The notes under the pieces were generated by a model. The model saw only the letters and a list, made by a program, of their open reading frames with translations. It had not been told where the DNA came from and ran no database searches. Positions 28,789 through 42,072 of a stretch of 64,000 bases of DNA are shown piece after piece; positions within the stretch are counted from its first letter, which is position 1, and the number at the start of each line of letters is the position of its first letter. This DNA comes from Octopus vulgaris (lineage: Eukaryota): contig OX597830.1 in assembly GCA_951406725.2 (NCBI GenBank), forward strand, positions 74,586,001 through 74,650,000, given 5' to 3'. Made by a program: the position numbers and the translations under genes.

Positions 28789-29168
28789 GTGTGTGTTTGT
28801 AAGTATAAATACATCTGAATTTGTGCGTTTGCATAAATGATTTATGTGTATATATATTAAATTATATATGTATTTACGAATTTAGCATAAGAACTCACAT
28901 AGAAAAATAAGATGAAAAACGTTATTTAAACTCAGGTGGTTGAGGATCCTTCGCTGACTGTGAAAAGACCATATTTCAGGTTGTTAAATTTGGAGCTTCT
29001 TTGGTGATTGTATGTGTATGAATTTGTAAATAGATGTGTGTGAGTGTGTGTATGTGCGTGCATGTGAGTGCTTGTGTACAGGTAAGATAAAACTTGAATT
29101 GTAACAGGTAAGTGTATTCGACTGAATAAACGTGATCTTGTGTATGTGAGCATTTTTTCGTATGTATG

Positions 29169-29372
29169 TACTCTTTTACTCTTTTACTTGTTTCAATCAT
29201 TTGACTGCGGCCATGCTGGAGCACCGCCTTTAGTCGAGCAAATCGACCCCGGGACTTATTCTTTGTAAGCCCAGTACTTATTCTATAGGTCTCTTTTGCC
29301 GAACCGCTAAGTGACGGGGACGTAAACACGCCAGCATCGGTTGTCAAGCAATGCAAGGGAGACAAACACACA

Positions 29373-29446
<74 letters not shown>

Positions 29447-29608
29447 TACGACAGGCTTCTTTCAGTTTCCGTCTACGAAATCCACTCACAAGGCATTGGT
29501 CGGCCCGGGGCTATAGCAGAAGACACTTGCCCAAGATGCCACGCAGTGGGACTGAACCCGGAACCATGTGGTTGGTTAGCAAGCTACTTACCACACAGCC
29601 ACTCCTGC
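29169..29608 (-). mobile_element. Full-length family-B CORE-type SINE (uninterrupted reference copy)
   Basis: Head gcaggagtggctgtgtggtaagtagcttgct, CORE-like cttgggcaagtgtctt, internal (TA)n(TG)n, tail (gtaaaaga)n. Confidence 0.92.
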
Positions 29609-29667
<59 letters not shown>

Positions 29668-30097
29668 ACGTATATGCGAAACGGAGGTAGGATACGTTTA
29701 CGCGGTTGTATATATCTCTGTGTGTAAGTGAACGCGTGCGCCTGTGTTTATGTATTTACGTATGTGATTGTTTGTATGTATGTATATATGTATATGTATG
29801 TGTGTCAGAGACTCAGTCTGTTTGTGTATGCATCCGTAAATATGTTTGTTTTTTTCATTGTTTCTTTTTATTTGTGCTGATGAAAAAACACTTTTCATCT
29901 TTGAATTTTTTTTATTATCATCTGTTTTTATTTATTTATTTAGTATTTCTGATTACTTTTTATGTCTTTGTGATGTTTTATTCGTTTGTGCATTGTTTTA
30001 TTGTTTTATGTTTCATTATTGTGTCATCGAGAAACAGAAAACAAATCTTATTAACCCGTCATTTTTCTAAATTCTTACAAGTCGAAGCTTCACCATC

Positions 30098-30510
30098 GCG
30101 TAGGAGTAGCTGTGTGGTAAGTAGCTTGTTTACCGCCAACATGGTTCCGGGTTCAGTCCCACTGCGTGGCACCTTGGGTAAGTGTCTTCTACTATTGCCT
30201 CGGGCCTACCCAAAGCCTTGTGAGTGGATTTGGTAGACGGAAACTGAAAGAAACCCGTCGTATATATGTATATATATATATATATATATATGTATGCGTG
30301 TATGTGTTTGTGTGTCTAAGTTTGTCCCCGTAGCATTACTTGACAACCGATGCTGGTGTGTTTATGTCCCCGTTACTTAGCGGTTCGGCAAAAGAGACTG
30401 ATAGAATAAGTACTGGGCTTACAAAAGAATAGGTCCCGGGGTCGATTTGCTCGATTAAAGGCGGTGCTCCAGCATGGCCGCAGTCAAATGACTGAAACAA
30501 GTAAAAGAGT
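30098..30510 (+). mobile_element. Full-length family-B SINE
   Basis: Same consensus. Other copies at 46440-46844 (+), 58020-58487 (-), 60290-60480 (-), 34550-34735, 49735-50120 and 22030-22180. Confidence 0.92.
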
Positions 30511-30800
30511 TAAAGCGTATCACTGTCATTTTTGCTGGTTGTCTCTCTATTTTACCATACTCATTTTTCTTTAAACTTCTCTCTTTCTTTCTTTCTTTAT
30601 TCCTCTTTCACTCTCTTGCCCTCTCTCTCTCTCTCTCTCACTCTCCATCTATCTCCCCGTTTCAATCTTTCTTTAGTTCATCAATTTCTTTATTCTCTTA
30701 CTTACACCCTATCCAGCTCTTCAGCATCCCTTGATCTTCCGTCAGAGCCATATGTCCTTTTTCTTACACTTTCTCCCTCCATCTTTTCCTCTTCCTCATT

Positions 30801-30831
<31 letters not shown>

Positions 30832-31879
30832 CTTTCTCTCTCTTTCCCCCCATCTTTCTTTAGTTTTTCTATCATATTTTTCTCTTACTTACTCCCTCTT
30901 CATCTCTTCAGCATCCCTTGATCTTCCTTCTAACTAAATTGCCCTCCTTTCTCTCGCCCTTCCCGTCTCAACCTCTTCCACACACACACTCTCTCTCTTT
31001 CTCTCTCTCTCTCAATTTTCATCTTCTGTCGTTTCAATCTTTCTACATCCTACCTCACCCTTTACCATTGCCATATTTCATGTGTCCTTCGTCGTTTTCT
31101 TCTACAGTGTCAGATTACCAGTTTCACTTCTTTGGGTTTTATGCCTTTTTCCCACTCTCTCTACCGCACATACCCCCCCCCACACACACACACACAATGT
31201 ACACATACACAGGAACATGTCAGTTCCTTCCCACCAACAAACTCTAAAATGGTCGTTCCTATCCTAAATGCATTGATTTTATTTTTTTAAATTTTGGTTT
31301 AGCTATTATTCGAGTTATTTCCTTTAAATGTCATTTCTAGATTCTAAAACAGTTAATAAATATTTCAAAATATAGAATATGTCTAAAAATGTATGTCTGC
31401 GTGTATGTATGTAAGTATGTATGTGTATGCGTGCGTGTGAGTCTGTGTGTGTGTGCGTGTGTGTGTGTGTGAGATTGTGTGTATGTTTGTGCGTGTGTGT
31501 ATGTGTGAGATTGTGTGTGTGTGTGTGTGTAGATCCACACTGTCTGGAAGACAGAATGGACTAAACAGAACAGGCGACATGTGGGAAGGAGAGTCGCCGA
31601 AGAGGTCACAGGATGTTTGGTGAAAGATTTCAGACAAAGTCATTAAAGTAAGAACATTAATAAAGTTAAAGTAAAGAAGGAGTGTATAGTGCAGGTGTTT
31701 ATTTGGAAAACAGAGAAAGAAATTGCTATCCCGATATATAACAATATATGTTTCAACACCCGGTTTCAACACACGATCCTGTTGGCGGATATTTTTCAAA
31801 ATTTATGCATGAGCCTTATGCTTTGGAAAAATGCAAACCTTAGCTTTAAATACCCTAATTTTAAAAGATGTTAACTACA

Positions 31880-32148
31880 AAGGCGGCGAGCTGGTAGAAA
31901 CGTTAGCACGCCGGGCGAAATGCTTAGCGGTATTTCGTCTGCCGTCACGTTCTGAGTTCAAATTCCGCCGAGATCAACTTTGCCTTGCATCCTTTCGGAG
32001 TCGATAAATTAAGTACCAGCTACGCACTGGGGTCAATGTAATCGATTTAATCTGTTTGTCTGTCCTTGTTTGTCCTCTCTGTGTGTAGCCCCTTGTGGGC
32101 AGTAAAGAAATAGGTATTTCGTCTACCGCTACGTTCTGAGTTCAAATT
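31880..32148 (+). mobile_element. Family-A SINE followed by a restart inside its own head
   Basis: The tail gtaaagaaata is directly followed by ggtatttcgtctaccgctacgttctgagttcaaatt. Confidence 0.88.
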
Positions 32149-32149
32149 A

Positions 32150-33100
32150 TCTTTGCGTTGTCATGCAAACAAGAAAACATGGGTAACCCGGAAAATGTTT
32201 ACAGATTGTCTCAGTAAACACTTTCTTCTAGCAACATGACATTTACATATGTTTTGGATTGATAAAATTTTTACAGTTGCCTTCCAGGGAACCTAACCAA
32301 GAAGAGAACTGTAAGGTTTTATTGATCCTAAACAGCTACTCCACAAGTCTCCTTGCCGAACTTCTTATGTGAATCAATATCTTCGGTATTTGATTTCCCT
32401 GCTTCATGTGAATTTTTTTATACAGTTTTGTCACCAAGTAATGTTACTCTCTATGGTGATCAAATGTATGAAGACTGCATCATACTTGATGCTGTCAACA
32501 AAGATAAAATGCTCCAGAACTACTGGAAATACTTCAGATTTAAGGATGCTATTTATGCATTATTAATACTTCGAAAAATGTTATTTAATCAATATTAAGA
32601 TAAGAGTTGCGCAAACTTTAGCCTTCAGCTATGTTCGATAAAAATGAGCGTTGAGACGAAGATTTTGAAAGATTCCGTATGATTACCGAGAGGAAACGAA
32701 ATCTCATTGCTTAGTCAAAAGTATATCAGCTACATGTGTCAGAAGATTATAAGCAGCCCACATGGATGAAGCACTGAAGATTGATAATGATGCACCTGTC
32801 GGGCATTCTTTGAGCAATGGAAAAATGGCTGAAATAAAGATAAGCATGAAGATAGTAATGTTAATAATGGTGATGACATTGTGGACACAAATTAGGAATT
32901 CACTGAAGAGGATATGGAGAAAATATGAGATCAGTTAATTGCAGGGAGAATATGGCAGTTTACATAAGTGTAGAAAAACAACTTAGACGGAAATCCATTT
33001 TAATAAGACAGATTACATTGCCAGAACTCTTTAAAATGGTGGTGAACTTGAGAAACGTGTTCCTGGTTCTTCCTCAGATGTTCAGCACAACCTTCGGCCA
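32150..33100 (+). pseudogene. Highly decayed pogo/Tigger (Jerky-like) transposase
   Basis: Fragments ENCKVLLILNSYSTSLLAELL, SPSNVT, FKDAIYA and DNDAPVGHSLSNGKMAE resemble the KVLLILDNC.AHP, PPNVTSLIQP and D.P....LTD.EI motifs. Confidence 0.55.
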
Positions 33101-33528
33101 TCATGACATTGATAAAGGCATTCCAAAATCTTCCTGCTCAGAGTGATGTAGTTTCTCTAAAATTCAAGTCAATGTATTTACCTTAATTTGAGTTGGCCTA
33201 TGTATGAAGTTTTACTGAATGTTTTACTTGGAAACAAACAATACGTTAATAGTTTTATGTTAATACTAATTCATTTACTAATTTATTACAACATTCGTAA
33301 TCTATACTTATAGAATAATGCAGTCAGTCTGCATGTATTTTTCCTCTTTTCATTCTTCAGTTTTTTTTTTCCTTGTCCTTCAGGTACAAAAAACAACTTC
33401 AGAGGCTACGATACAATATTCTGTTATCCAATTTCATTCACAATTTATATCGACCCACGGTTTAAGATAATGTCATAATCATGGCTTTGGAGCGAACTTT
33501 TAAAAATTCAATTATGCTGCGCCTACAT

Positions 33529-33603
<75 letters not shown>

Positions 33604-33687
33604 AACATAGTGTCACCCCAAAAATGTATATACACATTAAATAATTAATAAAGTTAGTACTTATATTATATTTCATTTTCACATCTT

Positions 33688-34400
33688 AATTCTTTATTGC
33701 CCACAAGGGGCTAAACATAGAGAGAACAAACAAGGACAGACAAACGGATTAAGTCGATAAGATCGACCCCAGTGCGTAAGTAGTACTTAATTCACCGACC
33801 CCCGAAAGGATGAAAGGCAAAGTCGACCTCGGCGGAATTTGAACTCAAAACATAAAAACAAACGAAATACCGCTAACGTTTCTACCAGCTCGCTGCCTTA
33901 TTTTCATTTTCATTTTCACATCTTACCAAACACCACTCGGAAAACTCCATTTTTGGTGGGGAACACCTTCATTGAGATCGTTGACTATTCTTCGATTCGA
34001 ACGTAACTTTTCCAATGACAAAGCATTAAAATTCGATGGATGTAAGGTGGCGAGCAGGCAGAATCGTTAGCACGCCGGGCGAAATGCGTAGCCGTATTTC
34101 GTCTGCTGTTACGTTCTGAGTTCAAATTCCGCCGAGGTCGACTTTGCCTTTCCTCCTTTCGGGGTCAATATAATCGACTTAACCCGTTTGTCTGTACTTG
34201 TTTGTCTTCTCTGTGTTTAGCTCCTTGTGGGTAGTAAAGAAATAGGTTATTTCATCTTCCCTTACGTTCCGCCGTGGTCGACTTTGGCTTTCATCTTTTC
34301 GGGGTCGATAAATCAAGTACCAGTTGCATACTGGGATCGATTTAACGACCGGCCCCCTCCCTAAAACTTTCGGGCTCTTGAGCCTAGAGCAGAAACACAA
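33688..34400. mobile_element. Two family-A SINEs (33688-33898 minus; 34044-34400 plus, composite)
   Basis: Both match the consensus. The second restarts at ggttatttcatc after its tail and ends with the alternative tail. Confidence 0.85.
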
Positions 34401-34766
34401 AGAAAATTATAATTCGGTAGATGCTTGAGTATTGAAATTCTTATCCTAAACATCGTTGACAGCACAGATTTTTTTGAAGTTTGGATATATATTATTAGTT
34501 CCTTTTTAGGATCTGTCGATGTCTGCAATCTTCTATGATGTTTCACCGATATTGGTGTGTTTACGTCCCCGTAACTTAGCCACTGGGCAAATCAGCCCGA
34601 TAGTATAAATACTAGGTTTACATAGAATAACTCCTGGGCCGATTTCTTCGACGGAAAAAAACCCCTTTAAAACGGTGCCACAGCATGGCCGCATTTAAAT
34701 GACTGAAACAAGTAAAAGAATAAAAGAATAAAAGCATACATACAATTACACACAAACGCAACCATA

Positions 34767-34843
<77 letters not shown>

Positions 34844-35293
34844 GACACACACACACCACTTCTAATCCTGTTATTTATTTTGTTCCTAACACACACATGC
34901 TGTCCGTTTCACACCATACAAACTGTCTCCCTCTCTTCTTTACTTTCAATCAATCCAATGACTTCGCTTCTTCTTCCTTCTCTCCTTAGCTCTCTCTCTC
35001 TCTCTCCTCTTCACTAGATCTATCATTTAACTCTGTCATTCTAGTCTATTTAGTCATGCATGGTCTGTTTTATCAGCCTTTGATTTTCGCCTCCGTCACC
35101 ACCGCCTCCTACTCAACAAGCCAACGCCGACCTTACAAATGTCATTCAATAAAACTTTATTGCTTTCTTATCTTGTTATAACAAAAAACAAAAACAAAAA
35201 AAGAAAGAAAAACCCGTACGCACACATGTATACACACACACACACACACACACATGAACTACCTTGGTTTTTCTTAAATCCTCTGCCGCTATG

Positions 35294-35346
<53 letters not shown>

Positions 35347-35715
35347 TTTGTGTGTGTGTGTGTGTGCGTCTGCGTTTGTGTATGTGTGTGCATAGACAGA
35401 TAAATAGAGAGAGAGAGATTTTAAAATTTTGACGTTAGGCCAGCAAAGTTGGTCGCAGGGCGTAATATTCAACTGGTACTTATTTTATGGACCTCGGATG
35501 GTTGAGAGGTAAAGTCGACCTCGGAGTAGTTTCAACAGAGAACGAAAAGTCGAGCGAAATACCACTAAGCATTTTGCCCTTCACGGCAACGATTCTGCCA
35601 ACTCGCCACTTTTAAATATAGACACGCACACACACATACAGTTTTGGCCTGCTTGTCCTCTTCTGTCTGAGAAAAGCTACAAGTCGTTGTCACCATTATT
35701 CCTCTAAATGTACAA

Positions 35716-35755
<40 letters not shown>

Positions 35756-35757
35756 TT

Positions 35758-35792
<35 letters not shown>

Positions 35793-37328
35793 TGCGTTTG
35801 AGTGTATGCCTGTGTGCGCGCGGATAATGAGTTGCATAAGGCTTAAATATTTGTTACTTTGTTTGCCAAACATTTGACGCCCATTCTTCTCGATAATCTA
35901 ATTCACATTAATGCCAAGCAATGACTACCTCCCGGCAAGCTCTGCACCCTCATTGATAATATGGCTCCAATGAACAAAACTATGAGGGCCAACATGCATG
36001 CACATTTATCGTATTTATAAAATGATTCCTTTTTGCCATTGCGATGCTGATAACCAATTGTTAGAGCTCAATATACTTATATTTTGCAGTAAACCAGCAA
36101 GCTATTACGGAAATAGATATTAATAATAAAAAATATGAATAAAAGAAACGAACGGAATTTACGTAACCACTTGCATTGGCTTAACGTTGTTTCTCTTAAA
36201 AGAACTATGCGACTAGAGCTGCGTGCCAGACCGATATTTTTTACGTTCTTCAGAACCGTTTCAATGGACGACTAATGTGATTGTGCAAACCATGTTCTTT
36301 TGCCATTGACACTCCCTCCCACACACTCAGACATTCACTTGGTGTTTGTAAATATGTGGTTAAGTTCGTGTGTTGGTTGAACTGTCGATGCATACATTGA
36401 AGGAAGTTAAGCAAATAAGTTAGCTTGATAAATTCTTCAGCATTTTTGAAATCAACACAGGGAAGCGGTAACCATTGATAACATTAATATCAGCCACTGA
36501 TGAACTTGGAGTCATCAACAGCCCTGATGGTTTTCCAGTCATTCTTTAAAGATATTCAAGCAAATTCTCGCAAAATTAATGCAAAGATATTTCCAGAGAT
36601 CCTTACATGGTGCATGTTAAAATATGGTATAATATGCCCTGTCCATAAAGAAGGAAGAAGAACATATTCAAAATATTACCAGCCTATCTTTCCGACCTCC
36701 CTCGTTAGCGGTCATGAAACGCAATGTCAAAAAGCTATTCCCATTCCAAAAAGAATACAGCTAGCTCAATGTCGCGTAGCGTGGCTTCTGTCGTGGAACG
36801 CATTATTTTCGGCAGCTACGGCGGCATTATGATTGGGAACTGAAACAACAGCTCAACCTTTCAAATATGGATGTGATATATCTCGCATTTGCCAAGGCCT
36901 TCGGCGAAGTCGATCAAGGGCTGATGTCACAATCTACTAGTTATTCAAGAACCCTGAAGCAACATGCAGTTCAATGCTGAGAAATTTTAAATGCTCTTGT
37001 ATAGTCTCTGAAGGGATTACCATCAGAATACAGACTACAAGGGTAGGGCATCACATTGCGTGAACTGGGAATTCACATAAGAAATGAGGCATCATTCCGT
37101 GTTACTAAAGGGCAACAGAGCACAGGTGACTAGCTGCTTGGATTCTGAAATCATTTAGAACGGAGAAAAAAGGAACCTATGTTGATCATATGTAGAACAT
37201 TTGTTCTCAGTCGCCTGGAATGGAATACCGCTCCTAATTATGGTAGTCACAGAGTGTTTAAACTAACAACAGAACTCGAGGCAATCCATTGCCACTACAT
37301 CAAGAAGTTTGCCTTGATATAACAGATG

Positions 37329-37885
37329 GAATCTAGGACATTTACCCCCATGGACAATTACTACCCCAAGGACGATTGTGTAGTTTGTCCGTCGATGCGA
37401 CGAAGACCATCTAGTCATGGGGTTGGGCTTATTTTGTGAGTTCGCAGATTGCTAGTGAAGGAAATCTGCGCCCGAAAGTGTCTTTGACAGTGTGGAAAGG
37501 GAATAGTAGCGCCTGCTACAGGGTTGTTAGCTATGTTCTTCCTAGCTAGTCTGCGGTCTTCTGCAGCAGCGATTCTATTGGTCTCGCATGTGTTGGTACC
37601 CTTCGCTGTCTAGAGCAGACTGCTCCCAAGTGTCATGGTCGATGTTGAAGGCTTTCAGTGTGTCCTTAAAGCGCTTCCTCTGGCCGTCCTGTGAGCGCCT
37701 TCCCTTCCGCAGCTCTCCAAAGACAATTACCCCCGAGGACAACAGATGATGATTTAAAACTTCTTAATATATTGAAGAGGGGTAATTAACCAAGGGAGAT
37801 AAATGTCCTAGGAGGTAGTTGTCGTAGGGAAGAATTGTACTATGGGGAGTAATTGTCAAATGGGGTGGGTAATTGTCTTGATACG
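37329..37885. mobile_element. MITE-like element with inverted arrays of ggacaattacccc subrepeats
   Basis: Left arm has ggacatttaccccc/ggacaattac, right arm has gggggtaatt/ggtaattgtc. aacagatg lies on both flanks (37321-37328 and 37886-37893). Confidence 0.6.
37376..37723 (-). mobile_element. RTE-clade LINE 3' end nested in the MITE
   Basis: FGELRKGRRSQDGQRKRFKDTLKAFNIDHDTWEQSALD...PHCQRHFRAQISFTSNLRTHK, followed by the tail atggtcttcgtcgcatcgacggacaaactacac. Confidence 0.85.
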
Positions 37886-39655
37886 AACAGATGAGTTCTT
37901 GGAGCAGCTAAACAATTAAACTCTACTCCCAGGACAGAAGACGAGAAAAGTATGTGGTGATATTTATATGGAAATACCTGGAATATCTTATCACCAGCAT
38001 TAATATTGAAAGCAATACCAACGAGCGAACTGGACTCCACTGTACAGTACCAAAGATCTAACCTTCTCCATCTTGAGTAAGGACCCAGTACTGTTGCAAC
38101 TTAGGTTTCGAGGGTCCATAACTTTTCAATTTCCAATCAAAAAACAGCAGAGAGCTACGAGGTGTAATTGTGGATGGGTTTGAAAATTCTCTCCTACAGT
38201 AGTGGCTTCCGTCCTGGAATGCAGTGCCCTGCACAGCTACTACAGTATTATGACTGGGTAGAGAAACAACCGCTCAACCGTTCAAATATAGATGTGATAC
38301 ATCTGGCACTGGCCTAGGCCTTCGTCAAAGTCAGTCATGGTTTAATATTTTACAATCTACTAAGCAGTCACGGGCCCTTGGTTAAAAAATATTTAAAAAT
38401 ACTCCATCCGATTGCGCTCAAATTTGATATGAAGATACCGACGGTAGCAGGGCGTGTATAAGTCTTGAAAAAAATTACAAAATCGATTCCAGGTGAGAAT
38501 GCGATCGATAAAGCCGTTTTTGTCCCCCTTTTCTTCCGTCAACCTGTACATAACTGCACCTTCCATTTTTTGTTGTTTTTGTACTGCTTAAATGCACGTT
38601 TTTTTTTTTCCTGCCAAGTTTACTGCTTAAACCATGTTTGTGTTCTCCCAGTCAACAGTCTTATCATTGTGTGAATAAAATCGTTTTTCTTTGGAATAGA
38701 AAAAAAAGTTTATCTTTATTTCTTCTTTTGCTTGTGTCTCAAATTTAGGTTAAATCAGTGTTTCTCAAAGGGGAGGCGTATGGGACGGTCGGACAAGTTG
38801 TTTTGAGAAAATTTGTTTTAAATGTTTGATAACTCAGCACCGTCCATTGGACGGAGGCGTTTTGCTCATACAATGATATGACACAACGAGGAAACATCAA
38901 CCACTCTTGTAGTGACCAGCAGCGCAGTGGATATGAAGGTGTCATAAAATATTGTGATAATGGAGAATATCTATGGAACACTAAACGTGAAAGCTACAAA
39001 TCGTAATATCCAAGCTATAGATATTCATTTGCACCTATTATCATAGATGCACAGCTCTGCGGAACTGTAGGTTTGCAGAAAGCCTTAGACATGCTGGGTT
39101 CTCCCGAAAAGGGAATAGAGCAGACTCATTCGTCGACAGTCGACTGTCGACTTGTGCAAATGTGTACAAGCATTTCAGGGATTCTCTATTTGAGGTACCT
39201 GGGTCGGACATATGCACAGAATCAAATGCACAAATAGAATACACACATGCATACACACACATACACACAGATGCACACACATGCATACAGACAGACAGAC
39301 ATACACAATATACAGCATTGAAGCACCCATATTTGTATACAAAAATGCAAGATTATTCTCATATACAGATACACACACATATTCTTGTATACACACATGC
39401 GTACACTCGCATAAGCACACACACACATAGGTACTGACACATAGACACATACACATAAACAGCCAGACACAGTCACACGCACAAATGCACATGCACGCAT
39501 GAATACACACACACACACGTACACCCCTAACGAATTTAGATATCCCCCCCCCCCAAAAAAAAAAAAACTGCAAGAGCTGTCTTGACCGTAACATTATTTT
39601 TTTCTTTTGTTTAATCTCTCTGTTACCGGCTTAAATTCTACAAATGTGGAAAAGA

Positions 39656-39729
39656 AAATTCCGTGGCCCAGTGGATAAGGCACTGGTCTCCTTAGCCGGG
39701 ACTTGCGGGTTCAAGCGCCTTCAGAAATC
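39656..39729 (+). pseudogene. tRNA-Arg(CCT)-like pseudogene
   Basis: gtggcccagtggataaggcactggtCTCCTtagccggg...gcgggttcaagcgcc follows the metazoan tRNA-Arg-CCT pattern, but the acceptor and T stems have mismatches. Confidence 0.6.
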
Positions 39730-40696
39730 TAAGTAATATTTTCACAATAGCACTCCAGCATGACCGGTGCCGCGTCGCTGAAATATATAAAAGAGCGAAA
39801 AAAATACCCCTCCCCATCAAAAAAAACAAAACAAAAACATAACACACACACACACACTTGTATGCTTCTATGTGTGTGTATATATGCGTGCATGCGTGTG
39901 AATGTATGACGGAAAAGCTCTTTGCAGTTGCTTTTTTTTTGGTCAGTTGTTTAAATTTATATTGTTTTTACTTTTTCATTATATTTTTTTATATTTTATT
40001 TTTCTCTTTTTTTCTATTTTCCGCGTGTCATTTTAGTATTGACCATAAATAACTCTACTCACCACCAACAACACCAACCCACCTACTAATTCAAACTCAT
40101 TACCACAGTCATCACAAACACCAGCAAAGTCACCATCACTATCTCTCACTTTCTCTTTCTCTCTTTCTGCCTCCCTCTCTATTTCTCGCTCGCTCGATTC
40201 CTCTCTCTCTCTCTTTGCTTTCTCCTTATCTTCCCTGGCAGCTAGGCTAATGACTGCCATCTTCACAGACACCTTTCCACCATTACAATCATCACTTTTG
40301 AGGCAAGCCTATGATCAAAGGTATTCCAGCTGCGACCAAATCGTGTCTTTTTTACGCATACTATTTTTTTAAAATTATTTTTTCGTTAATTTTTTGTTTA
40401 TATTTTTTTTCAGACATTAAAGCGCGGCAATGCTGGAGCAATTACCTTGAAGAATATTTCAGTCAAACGAATCGACCTCATCCCACATTTTTCTTTTTTT
40501 TTTTCGCTTTTAAACCGGCTACTTTACTTATTCCATTGATCTCTTTGCCGAAACGCTAGCTTACGGGGACACAAACACACCAACACCGAGTATCGAGGGC
40601 GGTTGGGGCCAAACACAGATGCAAAGGTACACACACGCACACACACGCACATACGCACGTACACACTCACACACTCACACACACAAACATATATAG

Positions 40697-40759
<63 letters not shown>

Positions 40760-40944
40760 CCACCAGGAACCTTTCGTAACGCCTCCCCCTATTGGGAGTT
40801 TTTCGTTGTTAGAATTTTTGATTGTTACGCTGTTTCTACACGGTTTTTTTACAAACGGACAAAACCCTTTGTAACCTTTCGTCTTGTTTTGTCCCCTTTT
40901 TGTTATAATTAATTTTTGTAGCCCTTGTGGCCAATAAAAGAATT
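40760..40944 (+). mobile_element. Probable Tx1-like 3' UTR fragment inserted in a (TTA)n array
   Basis: It is flanked on both sides by (TTA)n and ends tgtagcccttgtggccaataaaagaattt, like the family-A SINE tail. Confidence 0.5.
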
Positions 40945-40967
40945 TATTATTATTATTATTATTATTA

Positions 40968-40999
<32 letters not shown>

Positions 41000-41681
41000 G
41001 GTCATTATTATTGCTATTATTATTTTTATTCAAAGAAGTTTGATTCGGTTCAATGCAGCTTAAACTTTCGCAGTTTCTGACTGAATTCCGCCTTATTCAG
41101 GCTTAGCTACCGAATGCAGAAACATATGAAGTCGAAGATGGCTACCGGGAGTCCAAGATGGCAACTGGAAAATAGGATGCTATTCTTCAACCGTGATGGA
41201 AACTGGAAAATAGGCTGCTATTCTTCAATGGTGTTGCGTGAAATGAGATCGGCAAGACAGCGACATCAGATACATTAGAAAAAGAGAAACAAAAAATGAG
41301 TGTGTGTGTGCTTGCGAATACGTCTGTGTGCAAAAATACGTGTGCGTTAGTACATGGTATACACGCGTGCGCGAACGTGTTTATGGAAGAGAGGATGCTC
41401 TTGAAGTCGAGAATTTGAACTTACGGAGACAGTAAGTTCAAACTTGATCTCATAATGCAGGGAGACTATTGCATAACCAATAACCTGCAAGACTGGAGAA
41501 TTACGTTGCGCAGAAACAATTGTAATGATTGAAAATAAATGTCCAGCCACACTCCTTCTTGCTGACTTCCAGTCTTTCAATAATTAATTCACACACTAGA
41601 GAAACCCAGAAACAAATCTGGAAGTACGTATATTACTAATTTGATAGCACAGGGTAAAATCTAGAGTTAGATGAGCATCTG

Positions 41682-41769
<88 letters not shown>

Positions 41770-41778
41770 CCTACCTAC

Positions 41779-41860
<82 letters not shown>

Positions 41861-42015
41861 ATCTATCTCTCTTGTATCTTTCTTTATTCCTTTCTGTGGA
41901 AGAGCGTAGGCTCGAAACGTTAAAGACTTTTTCACTTCTCGAACGTTATACTAATACATCTGCTTGTTGTCTACACCGCCTGTCTTCGTCTGTTGTATCT
42001 TTTGTGAATTCTCCT

Positions 42016-42072
<57 letters not shown>

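Larger units (their letters stand above)
36500..38360 (+). mobile_element. Decayed CR1-group LINE reverse-transcriptase remnants, interrupted by nested insertions
   Basis: IICPVHKEG...YQPIFPTS; HYDWELKQQLNLSNMDVIYLAFAKAFGEVDQG; KLYSQDRRREKYVVIFIWK. A second copy of the RT piece at about 38200-38360 reads SGFRPG...QLLQYYDWVEKQ...DVIHLALA*AFVKVSHG. Confidence 0.75.

Noticed and set aside
37336-37885. Spaced short repeats superficially like a CRISPR array
   Set aside because: They are irregular, inverted between arms, in eukaryotic context and lack cas genes. They are better explained as MITE subrepeats.
38372-38800. Helitron/DINE-like (ccgattgcgctcaaatttg) and hAT-like (cagtgtttctcaaa) snippets
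   Set aside because: I could not find the opposite termini or define boundaries.
41130-41232. Two aagatggc (YY1-like) motifs and a short duplication
   Set aside because: They are short motifs without promoter context.
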